NCBI GenBank assembly: GCA_964035545.1
Contig: CAXIUT010000097.1
Span: forward strand, 434,001-498,000
Length of the DNA stretch: 64,000 nt
Source: Bugula neritina
Taxonomy: Eukaryota; Animalia; Bryozoa
Reading direction: 5' to 3'
Shown here one piece after another: positions 31,953-48,900 of the stretch. The number at the start of each line of letters is the position of its first letter. Positions within the stretch are counted from its first letter, which is position 1. The translations under genes and the position numbers were made by a program. The notes under the pieces were generated by a model. That model did no database searches, had not been told where the DNA came from, and saw only the letters and a list, made by a program, of their open reading frames with translations.

Positions 31953-34280
31953 AAATATACTGCGACACATCGCAATATAATGTAACGTACTGAAATATGC
32001 TGTAGCACATTGAAATACACTGCAACTCACTGAAATATACTGCAACATATTGAAATATACTGCAACATACTGAAATACACTGCTACATACTAAAATATAT
32101 TGCAACATACTGCAACATAGTGAAATACACTGTAACATACTGAAATACACTGCAACATACTACAACATATTGAAATACACTGCAACACATTGAAATATAC
32201 TGCATTATACCTAAATATACGGTGATATACCAAAATATACTGTAACACATTTAAAAATACTGCAACATACTGAAAGACACTGCAACACACTGAAATACAC
32301 TGCAAAATACTCTAACACACTGAAATATACTGCAACACACTGCAACATACTGCAACATACTAAAATATACTGCAACATACTGAAATACACTGCAAAACAT
32401 TCAAATACACTGTAACATATTGAAATATACTGCAACATACTGAAATACAGTGCTACATACTGAAATATACTGCAACATACTGCAACATACTGCAACATAC
32501 TAGAATACACTGTAACATAATGAAATACACTGCAACACATTGAAATATACTGCAAAATACTGAAATACACTGCTATATACTGAAATACACTGCAACACAC
32601 TACAACATACTGCAACATGCTAAAAGCTGCAACATACTGAAATACACTGCTACATACTGAAGTATACTGCAATACACAGCAACATACTGCAACATACTAA
32701 AATACATTGTAACATATTGGAATACACTGCAACACATTGAAATATACTGCAAAATACTGAAATACACTGCTACATACTGAAATATACTGCAACACACTGC
32801 AACATACCGCAACATACTAAAGTATACTGCAACATACTGAAATACACTGCGGAATACTGAAATACACTGTAACATACTGAAATATACTGCAAAATACTGA
32901 AATACATTGCTACATACTGAAATATACTGCAACACACTGCGACATACTGCAACATACTAAAATACACTGTAACATATTGAAATACAGTCCAACACATTGA
33001 AATATACTGCAATGTACCGAAATATATGGTAAACTACTGAAGTATACTGTAACACATTGAAAAATACTGCAACATACTGAAATATACTGCGACACATTGC
33101 AATATACTGTAACATACTGAAATATGCTGTAGCACACTGAAATACACTGCAACATACTGAAATACACTGTAACATATTGAAATATACTGCAACATACTGA
33201 AATACAGTGCTACATACTGAAATATACTGCAACATACTGCAACATAGTGAAATTCACTGTAACATACTGAAAAATACTGCAACATACTACAACATATTGA
33301 AATACACTGCAACACATTGAAATATACTGCAACATGCCAAAATATACGGTGATATACCAAAATAAACTGTAACACATTTAAAAATACTGCAACATACTGA
33401 AATACACTGCAACACTCTGAAATACACAGCAAAATACTGTAACACACTGAAATATACTGCAACACACTGCAACATACGGCAACATACTAGAATACACTGT
33501 AACATATTGAAATATACTGCAATATACTGAAATACAATGCTATATACTGAAATATACTGCAACACACTACAACATACTGCAACATGCTAAAATATACTGC
33601 AACATACTGAAATACCCTGCAAAATACTGAAATACACTGTAACATACTGAAGTATACTGCAACATACTGAAATACACTGCTACATACTGAAATATACTGC
33701 AACACACAGCAACATACTGCAACATACTAAAATACACTGTAACATATTGGAATACACTGCAACACATTGAAATATACTGCAAAATACTGAAATACACTGC
33801 TACATACTGAAATTTACTGCGACACACTGCAACATACTGCAACATACTAAAATGCACTGTAACATAGTGAAATAGACTGCAACATATTGAAATATACTGC
33901 AAAATACTGAAATACACTGCTATATACTGAAATACACTGCAACACACTACAACATACTGCAACATGCTAAAATATACTGCAACATACTGAAATACACTGC
34001 AAAATACTGAAATACACTGCAACATACTGAAGTATACTGCAACATACTGAAATACACTGCTACATACTGAAATATACTGCAACACACAGCAACATACTGC
34101 AACATACTAAAATACACTGTAACATATTGGAATACACTGCAACACATTGAAATATACTGCAAAATACTGAAATACACTGCTACATACTGAAATATACTGC
34201 GACACACCGCAACATACCGCAACGTACTAAAATACACTGTAACATATTGAAATAGACTGCAACACATTGAAACATACTGC
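31953..34280. repeat. Dispersed copy of about 25910-28215 (offset 6043, then 6063)
   Basis: 26047/32090, 26168/32211, 26557/32600, 26991/33034 and 27444/33487 all equal 6043. Shares the ATACGGCAAC and ACAATGCTAT variants. Confidence 0.88.
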
Positions 34281-35639
34281 AATGTACCGAAATATATGGT
34301 AAACTACTGAAATATACTGTCACACATTTAAAAATACTGCAACATACTGAAACATACTGCGACACATCGCAATATAATGTAACGTACTGAAATATGCTGT
34401 AGCACATTGAAATACACTGCAACTCACTGAAATATACTGCAACATATTGAAATATACTGCAACATACTGAAATACACTGCTACATACTAAAATATACTGC
34501 AACATACTGCAACATAGTGAAATACAGTGTAACATACTGAAATACACTGCAACATACTACAACATATTGAAATACACTGCAACACATTGAAATATACTGC
34601 ATTATACTGTAACACACTGAAATATACTGCAACACACTGCAACATACTGCAACATACTAAAATATACTGCAACATACTGAAATACACTGCAAACCATTCA
34701 AATACACTGTAACATATTGAAATATACTGCAACATACTGAAATACAGTGCTACATACTGAAATATACTGCAACATACTGCAACATACTGCAACATACTAG
34801 AATACACTGTAACATAATGAAATACACTGCAACACATTGAAATATACTGCAAAATACTGAAATACACTGCTATATACTGAAATACACTGCAACACACTAC
34901 AACATACTGCAACATGCTAAAAGCTGCAACATACTGAAATACACTGCTACATACTGAAGTATACTGCAATACACAGCAACATACTGCAACATACTAAAAT
35001 ACACTGTAACATATTGGAATACACTGCAACACATTGAAATATACTGCAAAATACTGAAATACACTGCTACATACTGAAATATACTGCAACACACTGCAAC
35101 ATACTGCAACATACTAAAGTATACTGCAACATACTGAAATACACTGCGGAATACTGAAATATACTGCAACATACTGCAACATAGTGAAATAAACTGCAAC
35201 ATACTGCAAGATAGTGAAATACACTGTAACATACTGAAATACACCGGAAAATACTACAACATATTGAAATGCACTGTAACATATTGAAATACACTGCAAC
35301 ACATTGAAATATACTGCAACATACCTAAATATACGGTAATATACCAAAATATACTGTAACACATTGAAAAATACTGCAACATACTGAAATACACTGCAAC
35401 ACACCGAAAAACACTGAAAATACTGTAACACACTGAAATATACTGCAAAATACTGAAATATACTGCAAAATACTGAAATACACTGCTACATACTGAAATA
35501 TACTGCAACACATTGCAACATACTGCAACATACTAAAGTATACTGCAACATACTGAAATACACTGCAGAATACTGAAATACACTGTAAGATACTGAAATA
35601 TACTGCAAAATACTGAAATACATTGCTACATACTGAAAT

Positions 35640-37380
35640 ATACTGCAACATACTGCAACATACTAAAATACACTGTAACATATTGGAATACACTGCAACA
35701 CATTGAAATATACTGCAAAATACTGAAATACACTGCTACATACTGAAATTTACTGCGACACACTGCAACATACTGCAACATACTAAAATGCACTGTAACA
35801 TAGTGAAATAGACTGCAACATATTGAAATATACTGCAAAATACTGAAATACACTGCTATATACTGAAATACACTGCAACACACTACAACATACTGCAACA
35901 TGCTAAAATATACTGCAACATACTGAAATACACTGCAAAATACTGAAATACACTGTAACATACTGAAGTATACTGCAACATACTGAAATACACTGCTACA
36001 TACTGAAATATACTGCAACACACAGCAACATACTGCAACATACTAAAATACACTGTAACATATTGGAATACACTGCAACACATTGAAATATACTGCCAAA
36101 TACTGAAATACACTGCTACATACTGAAATATACTGCGACACACCGCAACATACCGCAACGTACTAAAATACACTGTAACATATTGAAATAGACTGCAACA
36201 CATTGAAATATACTGCAAAATACTGAAATACACTGCTACATACTGAAATATACTGCAACACACTGAAATGTACTGCAACACACTGCAACATACTGCAACA
36301 TACTAGAATACACTGTAACATAATGAAATACACTGCAACACATTGAAATATACTGCAAAATACTGAAATACACTGCTATATACTGAAATATACTGCAACA
36401 CACTACAACATACTGCAACATGCTAAAATCTACTGCAACATACTGAAATACCCTGCAGAATACTGAAATACACTGTAACATACTGAAATACACTGCTACA
36501 TACTGAAGTATACTGCAACACACTGCAACGTACTGCAACATACTAAAATATACTGCAACATACTGAAATACACTGCAGAATACTGAAATACACTGTAGCA
36601 TACTGAAATATACTGCAAAATACTGAAATACACTGCTTCATACTGAAATATACTGCAACACACTGCGACTTACTGCAACATACTAAAATACACTGTAACA
36701 TATTGAAATACACTGCAACACATTGAAATATACCGCAATGTACCGAAATATATGGTAAACTACTGAAATATACTGTCACACATTTAAAAATACTGCAACA
36801 TACTGAAACATACTGCGACACATCGCAATATAATGTAACGTACTGAAATATGCTGTAGCACATTGAAATACATTGCAACTCACTGAAATATACTGCAACA
36901 TATTGAAATATACTGCAACATACTGAAATACACTGCTACATACTAAAATATACTGCAACATACTGCAACATAGTGAAATACACTGTAACATACTGAAATA
37001 CACTGCAACATACTACAACGTATTGAAATACACTGCAACACATTGAAATATACTGCATTATACCTAAATATACGGTGATATACCAAAATATACTGTAACA
37101 CATTTAAAAATACTGCAACATACTGAAAGACACTGCAACAGACTGAAATACACTGCAAAATACTGTAACACACTGAAATATACTGTCACACATTGAAAAA
37201 CACTGCAACATACTGAAATATACTGCGACACATTGCAATATACTGTAACATACTGAAATATGCTGTAGCACACTGAAATACACTGCAACTCACTGAAATA
37301 TACTGCAACATACTGAAATACACTGTAACATATTGAAATATACTGCAACATACTGAAATACAGTGCTACATACTGAAATA
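35640..37380. repeat. Dispersed copy of about 27640-29380 (offset 7999)
   Basis: 28237/36236, 28777/36776, 28944/36943 and 29065/37064 all equal 7999. Shares the GCGACTTACT and GAAATGTACTG variants. Confidence 0.85.
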
Positions 37381-37445
37381 TACTGCAACATACTGCAACA
37401 TAGTAAAATAAACTGCAACATACTGCAAGATAGTGAAATACACTG

Positions 37446-40400
37446 TAACATACTGAAATATACTGCAACATACTGAAATATACTGCTACATACTAAAATA
37501 TACTGCAACACACTGCAACATACTGCAACATACTAGAATACACTGTAACATAATGAAATACACTGCAACACATTGAAATATACTGCAAAATACTGAAATA
37601 CACTGCTATATACTGAAATACACTGCAACACACTACAACATACTGCAACATTCTAAAAGCTGCAACATACTGAAATACACTGCTACATACTGAAATATAC
37701 TGCAACACATTGCAACATACTGCAACATACTAAAGTATACTGCAACATACTGAAATACACTGAAGAATACTGAAATACACTGTAAGATACTGAAATATAC
37801 TGCAAAATACTGAAATACATTGCTACATACTGAAATATACTGCAACACACTGCGACATACTGCAACATACTAAAATACACTGTAACATATTGAAATACAC
37901 TGCAACACATTGAAATATATTGCAATGTACCGAAATATATGGTAAACTACTGAAATATACTGTCACACATTGAAAAATACTGCAACATACTGAAATATAT
38001 TGCGACACATTGCAATATACTGTAACATACTGAAATATCCTGTAGCACACTGAAATACACTGCAACTCACTGAAAAATACTGCAACATACTGGAATACAC
38101 TGTAATATATTGAAATATACTGCAATATACTGAAATACAGTACTACATACTGAAATATACTGCAACATACTGCAACATAGTGAAATAAACTGCAACATAC
38201 TGCAAGATAGTGAAATACACTGTAACATACTGAAATACACCGGAAAATACTACAACATATTGAAATGCACTGTAACATATTGAAATACACTGCAACACAT
38301 TGAAATATACTGCAACATACCTAAATATACGGTAATATACCAAAATATACTGTAACACATTGAAAAATACTGCAACACACTGAACTACACTGCAACACAC
38401 CAAAAAACACTGAAAATACTGTAACACACTGAAATATACTGCAAAATACTGAAATATACTGCAAAATACTGAAATACACTGCTACATACTGAAATATACT
38501 GCAACACACCGCAACATACTGCAACATACTAAAGTATACTGCAACATACTGAAATACACTGCAAAATACTGAAATACACTATAACATACTGAAATATACT
38601 GCAACATACTGAAATATACTGCTACATACTGAAATATACTGCAACACACTGCAACATACTGCAACATACTAGAATACACTGTAACATAATGAAATACACT
38701 GCAACACATTGAAATATACTGCAAAATACTGAAATGCACTGCTATATACTGAAATACACTGCAACACACTACAACATACTGCAACATGCTAAAAGCTGCA
38801 ACATACTGAAATACACTGCAGAATACTGAAATACACTGTAACATACTGAAATATACTGCAAAATACTGAAATACACTGCTACATACTGAAATATCCTGCA
38901 ACACACTGCGACATACTGCAACATACTAAAATACACTGTAACATATTGAAATACACTGCAACACATTGAAATATACTGCAATGTACCGAAATATATGGTA
39001 AACTACTGAAATATACTGTCACACATTGAAAAACACTGCAACATACTGAAATATACTGCGACACATTGCAATATACTGTAACATACTGAAATATGCTGTA
39101 GCACACTGAAATACACTGCAACTCACTGAAATATACTGCAACATACTGAAATACACTGTAACATATTGAAATATACTGCAACATACTGAAATACAGTGCT
39201 ACATACTGAAATATACTGCAACATACTGCAACATAGTGAAATAAACTGCAACATACTGCAAGATAGTGAAATACTTTGTAACATACTGAAATACACCGCA
39301 AAATACTACAACATATTGAAATGCACTGTAACATATTGAATCACACTGCAACACATTGAAATGTACTGCAACATACCTAAATATACGGTAATATACCAAA
39401 ATATACTGTAACACATTGAAAAATACTGCAACATACTAAAATACACTGCAACACACCGAAAAACACTGAAAATACTGTAACACACTGAAATATACTGCAA
39501 AATACTGAAATATACTGCAAATTACTGAAATACACTGCTACATACTGAAATATACTGCAACACACCGCAAAATACTGCAACATACTAAAGTATACTGCAA
39601 CATACTGAAATACACTGCAAAATACTGAAATACACTATAACATACTGAAATATACTGCAACATACTGAAATATACTGCTACATACTAAAATATACTGCAA
39701 CACACTGCAACATACTGCAACATACTAGAATACACTGTAACATAATGAAATACACTGCAACACATTGAAATATACTGCAAAATACTGAAATACACTGCTA
39801 TATACTGAAATACACTGCAACACACTACAACATACTGCAACATGCTAAAAGCTGCAACATACTGAAATACACTGCTACATACTGAAATATACTGCAACAC
39901 ATTGCAACATACTGCAACATACTAAAGTATACTGCAACATACTGAAATACACTGAAGAATACTGAAATACACTGTAAGATACTGAAATATACTGCAAAAT
40001 ACTGAAATACATTGCTACATACTGAAATATACTGCAACACACTGCGACATACTGCAACATACTAAAATACACTGTAACATATTGAAATACACTGCAACAC
40101 ATTGAAATATATTGCAATGTACCGAAATATATGGTAAACTACTGAAATATACTGTCACACATTGAAAAATACTGCAACATACTGAAATATATTGCGACAC
40201 ATTGCAATATACTGTAACATACTGAAATATCCTGTAGCACACTGAAATACACTGCAACTCACTGAAATATACTGCAACATACTGAAATACACTGTAATAT
40301 ATTGAAATATACTGCAACATACTGAAATACAGTGCTACATACTGAAATATACTGCAACATACTGCAACATAGTGAAATAAACTGCAACATACTGCAATAT

Positions 40401-41110
40401 AGTGAAATACACTGTAACATACTGAAATACACCGGAAAAAACTACAACATATTGAAATGCACTGTAACATATTGAAATACACTACAACACATTGAAATAT
40501 ACTGCAACATACCTAAATATACGGTAATATACCAAAATATACTGTAACACATTGAAAAATACTGCAACATACTGAAATACACTGCAACACACCGAAAAAC
40601 ACTGAAAATACTGTAACACACTGAAATATACTGCAAAATACTGAAATATACTGCAAAATACTGAAATACACTGCTACATACTGAAATATACTGCAACACA
40701 CCGCAACATACTGCAACATACTAAAGTATACTGCAACATACTGAAATACACTGCAAAATACTGAAATACACTATAACATACTGAAATATACTGCAACATA
40801 CTGAAATATACTGCTACATACTGAAATATACTGCAACACACTGCAACATACTGCAACATACTAGAATACACTGTAACATAATGAAATACACTGCAACACA
40901 TTGAAATATACTGCAAAATACTGAAATGCACTGCTATATACTGAAATACACTGCAACACACTACAACATACTGCAACATGCTAAAAGCTGCAACATACTG
41001 AAATACACTGCAGAATACTGAAATACACTGTAACATACTGAAATATACTGCAAAATACTGAAATACACTGCTACATACTGAAATATACTGCAACACACTG
41101 CGACATACTC
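37446..41110. repeat. Higher-order repeat, 2192-bp period, about 1.7 copies, nested in an approximately 4.4-kb-offset duplication (36.7-39.3 kb vs 41.1-43.7 kb)
   Basis: 37493/39685, 37823/40015 and 38482/40674 equal 2192. 36776/41210 = 4434, 37633/42027 = 4394, 38879/43272 = 4393. Confidence 0.88.
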
Positions 41111-42928
41111 AACATACTAAAATACACTGTAACATATTGAAATACACTGCAACACATTGAAATATACCGCAATGTACCGAAATATATGGTAAACTACTGA
41201 AATATACTGTCACACATTTAAAAATACTGCAACATACTGAAACATACTGCGACACATCGCAATATAATGTAACGTACTGAAATATGCTGTAGCACATTGA
41301 AATACACTGCAACTCACTGAAATATACTGCAACATATTGAAATATACTGCAACATACTGAAATACACTGCTACATACTAAAATATACTGCAACATACTGC
41401 AACATAGTGAAATACACTGTAACATACTGAAATACACTGCAACATACTACAACGTATTGAAATACACTGCAGCACATTGAAATATACTGCATTATACCTA
41501 AATATACGGTGATATACCAAAATATACTGTAACACATTTAAAAATACTGCAACATACTGAAAGACACTGCAACAGACTGAAATACACTGCAAAATACTGT
41601 AACACACTGAAATATACTGTCACACATTGCAATATACTGTAACATACTGAAATATGCTGTAGCACACTGAAATACACTGCAACTCACTGAAATATACTGC
41701 AACATACTGAAATACACTGTAACATATTGAAATATACTGCAACATACTGAAATACAGTGCTACATACTGAAATATACTGCAACACACTGCAACATGGTGA
41801 AATAAACTGCAACATACTGCAAGATAGTGAAATACACTGTAACATACTGAAATATACTGCAACATACTGAAATATACTGCTACATACTGAAATATACTGC
41901 AACACACTGCAACATACTGCAACATACTGGAATACACTGTAACATAATGAAATACACTGCAACACATTGAAATATACTGCAAAATACTGAAATACACTGC
42001 TATATACTGAAATACACTGCAACACACTACAACATACTGCAACATGCTAAAAGCTGCAACATACTGAAATACACTGCTACATACTGAAATATACTGCAAC
42101 ACATTGCAACATACTGCAACATACTAAAGTATACTGCAACATACTGAAATACACTGAAGAATACTGAAATACACTGTAAGATACTGAAATATACTGCAAA
42201 ATACTGAAATACATTGCTACATACTGAAATATACTGCAACACACTGCGACATACTGCAACATACTAAAATACACTGTAACATATTGAAATACACTGCAAC
42301 ACATTGAAATATATTGCAATGTACCGAAATATATGGTAAACTACTGAAATATACTGTCACACATTGAAAAATACTGCAACATACTGAAATATATTGCGAC
42401 ACATTGCAATATACTGTAACATACTGAAATATCCTGTAGCACACTGAAATACACTGCAACTCACTGAAATATACTGCAACATACTGAAATACACTGTAAC
42501 ATATTGAAATATACTGCAACATACTGAAATACAGTGCTACATACTGAAATATACTGCAACATACTGCAACATAGTGAAATAAACTGCAACATACTGCAAG
42601 ATAGTGAAATACACTGTAACATACTGAAATACACCGGAAAATACTACAACATATTGAAATGCACTGTAACATATTGAAATACACTGCAACACATTGAAAT
42701 ATACTGCAACATACCTAAATATACGGTAATATACCAAAATATACTGTAACACATTGAAAAATACTGCAACATACTGAAATACACTGCAACACACCAAAAA
42801 ACACTGAAAATACTGTAACACACTGAAATATACTGCAAAATACTGAAATATACTGCAAAATACTGAAATACACTGCTACATACTGAAATATACTGCAACA
42901 CACCGCAACATACTGCAACATACTAAAG

Positions 42929-45900
42929 TATACTGCAACATACTGAAATACACTGAAAATACTGAAATACACTATAACATACTGAAATATACTGCAACAT
43001 ACTGAAATATACTGCTACATACTGAAACATACTGCAACACACTGCAACATACTGCAACATACTAGAATACACTGTAACATAATGAAATACACTGCAACAC
43101 ATTGAAATATACTGCAAAATACTGAAATGCACTGCTATATACTGAAATACACTGCAACACACTACAACATACTGCAACATGCTAAAAGCTGCAACATACT
43201 GAAATACACTGCAGAATACTGAAATACACTGTAACATACTGAAATATACTGCAAAATACTGAAATACACTGCTACATACTGAAATATCCTGCAACACACT
43301 GCGACATACTGCAACATACTAAAATACACTGTAACATATTGAAATACACTGCAACACATTGAAATATACTGCAATGTACCGAAATATATGGTAAACTACT
43401 GAAATATACTGTCACACATTGAAAAACACTGCAACATACTGAAATATACTGCGACACATTGCAATATACTGTAACATACTGAAATATGCTGTAGCACACT
43501 GAAATACACTGCAACTCACTGAAATATACTGCAACATACTGAAATACACTGTAACATATTGAAATATACTGCAACATACTGAAATACAGTGCTACATACT
43601 GAAATATACTGCAACATACTGCAACATAGTGAAATAAACCTCAACATACTGCAAGATAGTGAAATACACTGTAACACATTGAAATATACTGCAAAATACT
43701 GAAATACACTGCTTCATACTGAAATATACTGCAACACACTGCAACATACTGCAACATACTAAAATATACTGCAACATACTGAAATACACTGCAAAACATT
43801 CAAATACACTGTAACATATTGAAATATACTGCAACATACTGAAATACAGTGCTACATACTGAAATATACTGCAACATACTGCAACATACTGCAACATACT
43901 AGAATACACTGTAACATAATGAAATACACTGCAACACATTGAAATATACTGCAAAATACTGAAATACACTGCTATATACTGAAATACACTGCAACACACT
44001 ACAACATACTGCAACATGCTAAAAGCTGCAACATACTGAAATACACTGCTACATACTGAAGTATACTGCAATACACAGCAACATACTGCAACATACTAAA
44101 ATACACTGTAACATATTGGAATACACTGCAACACATTGAAATATACTGCAAAATACTGAAATACACTGCTACATACTGAAATATACTGCAACACACTGCA
44201 ACATACTGCAACATACTAAAGTATACTGCAACATACTGAAATACACTGCGGAATACTGAAATATACTGCAACATACTGCAACATAGTGAAATAAACTGCA
44301 ACATACTGCAAGATAGTGAAATACACTGTAACATACTGAAATACACCGGAAAATACTACAACATATTGAAATGCACTGTAACATATTGAAATACACTGCA
44401 ACACATTGAAATATACTGCAACATACCTAAATATACGGTAATATACCAAAATATACTGTAACACATTGAAAAATACTGCAACATACTGAAATACACTGCA
44501 ACACACCGAAAAACACTGAAAATACTGTAACACACTGAAATATACTGCAACACACTGCAACATACTGCAACATACTAGAATACACTGTAACATATTGAAA
44601 TATACTGCAACACATTGAAATATACTGCAAAATACTGAAATACACTGCTACATACCGAAATATACTGCGACACACCGCAACATACCGCAACGTACTAAAA
44701 TACACTGTAACATATTGAAATAGACTGCAACACATTGAAATATACTGCAAAATACTGAAATACACTGCTACATACTGAAATATACTGCAACACACTGCAA
44801 CATACTGCAACATACTAAAATATACTGCAACATACTGAAATACACTGCAGAATACTGAAATACACTGTAACATACTGAAATATACTGCAAAATACTGAAA
44901 TACACTGCTACATACTGAAATATACTGCAACACACTGCGACATACTGCAACATACTAAAATACACTGTAACATACTGAAATACACTGCAACACATTGAAA
45001 TATACTGCAATGTACCGAAATATATGGTAAACTACTGAAATATACTGTCACACATTGAAAAACACTGCAACATACTGAAATATACTGCGACACATTGCAA
45101 TATACTGTAACATACTGAAATATGCTGTATCACACTGAAATACACTGCAACTCACTGAAATATACTGCAACATACTGAAATACACTGTAACATATTGAAA
45201 TATACTGCAACATACTGAAATACAGTGCTACATACTGAAATATACTGCAACATACTGCAACATAGTGAAATACACTGCAACATACTGCAAGATAGTGAAA
45301 TACACTGTAACATACTGAAATACACCGCAAAATACTACAACATATTGAAATGCACTGTAACATATTGAAATACACTGCAACACATTGAAATATACTGCAA
45401 CATACCTAATTATACGGTAATATACCAAAATAAACTGTAACACATCGAAAAATACTGCAACATACTGAAATACACTGCAACACACCGAAAAACACTGAAA
45501 ATACTGTAACACACTGAAATATACTGCAAAATACTGAAATACACTGCAAAATACTGAAATACACTGTAACATACTAAAGTATACTGCAACATACTGAAAT
45601 ACACTGCAAAATACTGAAATACACTATAACATACTGAAATATACTGCAACATACTGAAATACACTGCTATATACTGAAATACGCTGCAACACACTACAAC
45701 ATACTGCAACATGCTAAAAGCTGCAACATACTGAAATACACTACTACATACTGAAATATACTGCAACACACAGCAACATACTGCAACATACTAAAATACA
45801 CTGTAACATATTGGAATACACTGCAACACATTGAAATATACTGCAAAATACTGAAATGCACTGCTACATACTGAAATATACTGCAACACACTGCAACATA

Positions 45901-48900
45901 CTGCAACATACTAAAGTATACTGCAACATACTGAAATACACTGAAGAATACTGAAATACACTGTAACATTCTGAAATATACTGCAAAATACTGAAATACA
46001 TTGCTACATACTGAAATATACTGCAACACACTGCGACATACTGCAACATACTAAAATACACTGTAACATATTGAAATACACTGCAACACATTGAAATATA
46101 CTGCAATGTACCGAAATATATGGTAAACTACTGAAATATACTGTCACACATTGAAAAATACTGCAACATACTGAAATATACTGCGACACATTGCAATATA
46201 CTGTAACATACTAAAATATTCTGTAGCATACTGAAATACACTGCAACATACTGAAATACACTGTAACATATTGAAATATACTGCAACATACTGAAATACA
46301 GTGCTACATACTGAAATATACTGCAACATACTGCAACATAGTGAAATTCACTGTAACATACTGAAAAACACTGCAACATACTACAACATATTGAAATACA
46401 CTGCAACACATTGAAATATACTGCAACATATCTAAATATACGGTGATATACCAAAATAAACTGTAACACATTTAAAAATACTGCAACATACTGAAATACA
46501 CTGCAACACTCTGAAATACACTGCAAATTACTGTAACACACTGAAATAGACTGCAACACACTGCAACATACTGCAACATACTAGAATACACTGTAACATA
46601 TTGAAATATACTGCAACATACTGAAATACACTGCTACATACTGAAATTTACTGCGACACACAGCAACATACTGCAACATACTAAAATGCACTGTAACATA
46701 TTGGAATACACTGCAACACATTGAAATATACTGCAAAATACTGAAATACACTGCTACATACTGAAATTTACTGCGACACACTGCAACATACTGCAACATA
46801 CTAAAATGCACTGTAACATAGTGAAATAGACTGCAACACATTGAAATATACTGCAAAATACTGAAATACACTGCTATATACTGAATTACACTGCAACACA
46901 CTACAACATACTGCAACATGCTGAAATATACTGCAACATACTGAAATACACTGCAAAATACTGAAATACACTGTAACATACTGAAGTATACTGCAACACA
47001 CTGAAATACACTGCTACATACTGAATTATACTGCAACACACAGCAACATACTGCAACATACTAAAACACACTGTAACATATTGGAATACACTGCAACACA
47101 TTGAAATATACTGCAAAATACTGAAATACACTGCTACATACTGAAATATACTGCGACACACCGCAACATACCGCAACGTACTAAAATACACTGTAACATA
47201 TTGAAATAGACTGCAACACATTGAAATATACTGCAAAATACTGAAATACACTGCTACATACTGAAATATACTGCAACACACTGCAACATACTGCAACATA
47301 CTAAAATATACTGCAACATACTGAAATACACTGAAAATACTGAAATACACTATAACATACTGAAATATACTGCAACATACTGAAATATACTGCTACATAC
47401 TGAAACATACTGCAACACACTGCAACATACTGCAACATACTAGAATACACTGTAACATAATGAAATACACTGCAACACATTGAAATATACTGCAAAATAC
47501 TGAAATGCACTGCTATATACTGAAATACACTGCAACACACTACAACATACTGCAACATGCTAAAAGCTGCAACATACTGAAATACACTGCAGAATACTGA
47601 AATACACTGTAACATACTGAAATATACTGCAAAATACTGAAATACACTGCTACATACTGAAATATCCTGCAACACACTGCGACATACTGCAACATACTAA
47701 AATACACTGTAACATATTGAAATACACTGCAACACATTGAAATATACTGCAATGTACCGAAATATATGGTAAACTACTGAAATATACTGTCACACATTGA
47801 AAAACACTGCAACATACTGAAATATACTGCGACACATTGCAATATACTGTAACATACTGAAATATGCTGTAGCACACTGAAATACACTGCAACTCACTGA
47901 AATATACTGCAACATACTGAAATACACTGTAACATATTGAAATATACTGCAACATACTGAAATACAGTGCTACATACTGAAATATACTGCAACATACTGC
48001 AACATAGTGAAATAAACCTCAACATACTGCAAGATAGTGAAATACACTGTAACACATTGAAATATACTGCAAAATACTGAAATACACTGCTTCATACTGA
48101 AATATACTGCAACACACTGCAACATACTGCAACATACTAAAATATACTGCAACATACTGAAATACACTGCAAAACATTCAAATACACTGTAACATATTGA
48201 AATATACTGCAACATACTGAAATACAGTGCTACATACTGAAATATACTGCAACATACTGCAACATACTGCAACATACTAGAATACACTGTAACATAATGA
48301 AATACACTGCAACACATTGAAATATACTGCAAAATACTGAAATACACTGCTATATACTGAAATACACTGCAACACACTACAACATACTGCAACATGCTAA
48401 AAGCTGCAACATACTGAAATACACTGCTACATACTGAAGTATACTGCAATACACAGCAACATACTGCAACATACTAAAATACACTGTAACATATTGGAAT
48501 ACACTGCAACACATTGAAATATACTGCAAAATACTGAAATACACTGCTACATACTGAAATATACTGCAACACACTGCAACATACTGCAACATACTAAAGT
48601 ATACTGCAACATACTGAAATACACTGCGGAATACTGAAATATACTGCAACATACTGCAACATAGTGAAATAAACTGCAACATACTGCAAGATAGTGAAAT
48701 ACACTGTAACATACTGAAATACACCGGAAAATACTACAACATATTGAAATGCACTGTAACATATTGAAATACACTGCAACACATTGAAATATACTGCAAC
48801 ATACCTAAATATACGGTAATATACCAAAATATACTGTAACACATTGAAAAATACTGCAACATACTGAAATACACTGCAACACACCGAAAAACACTGAAAA

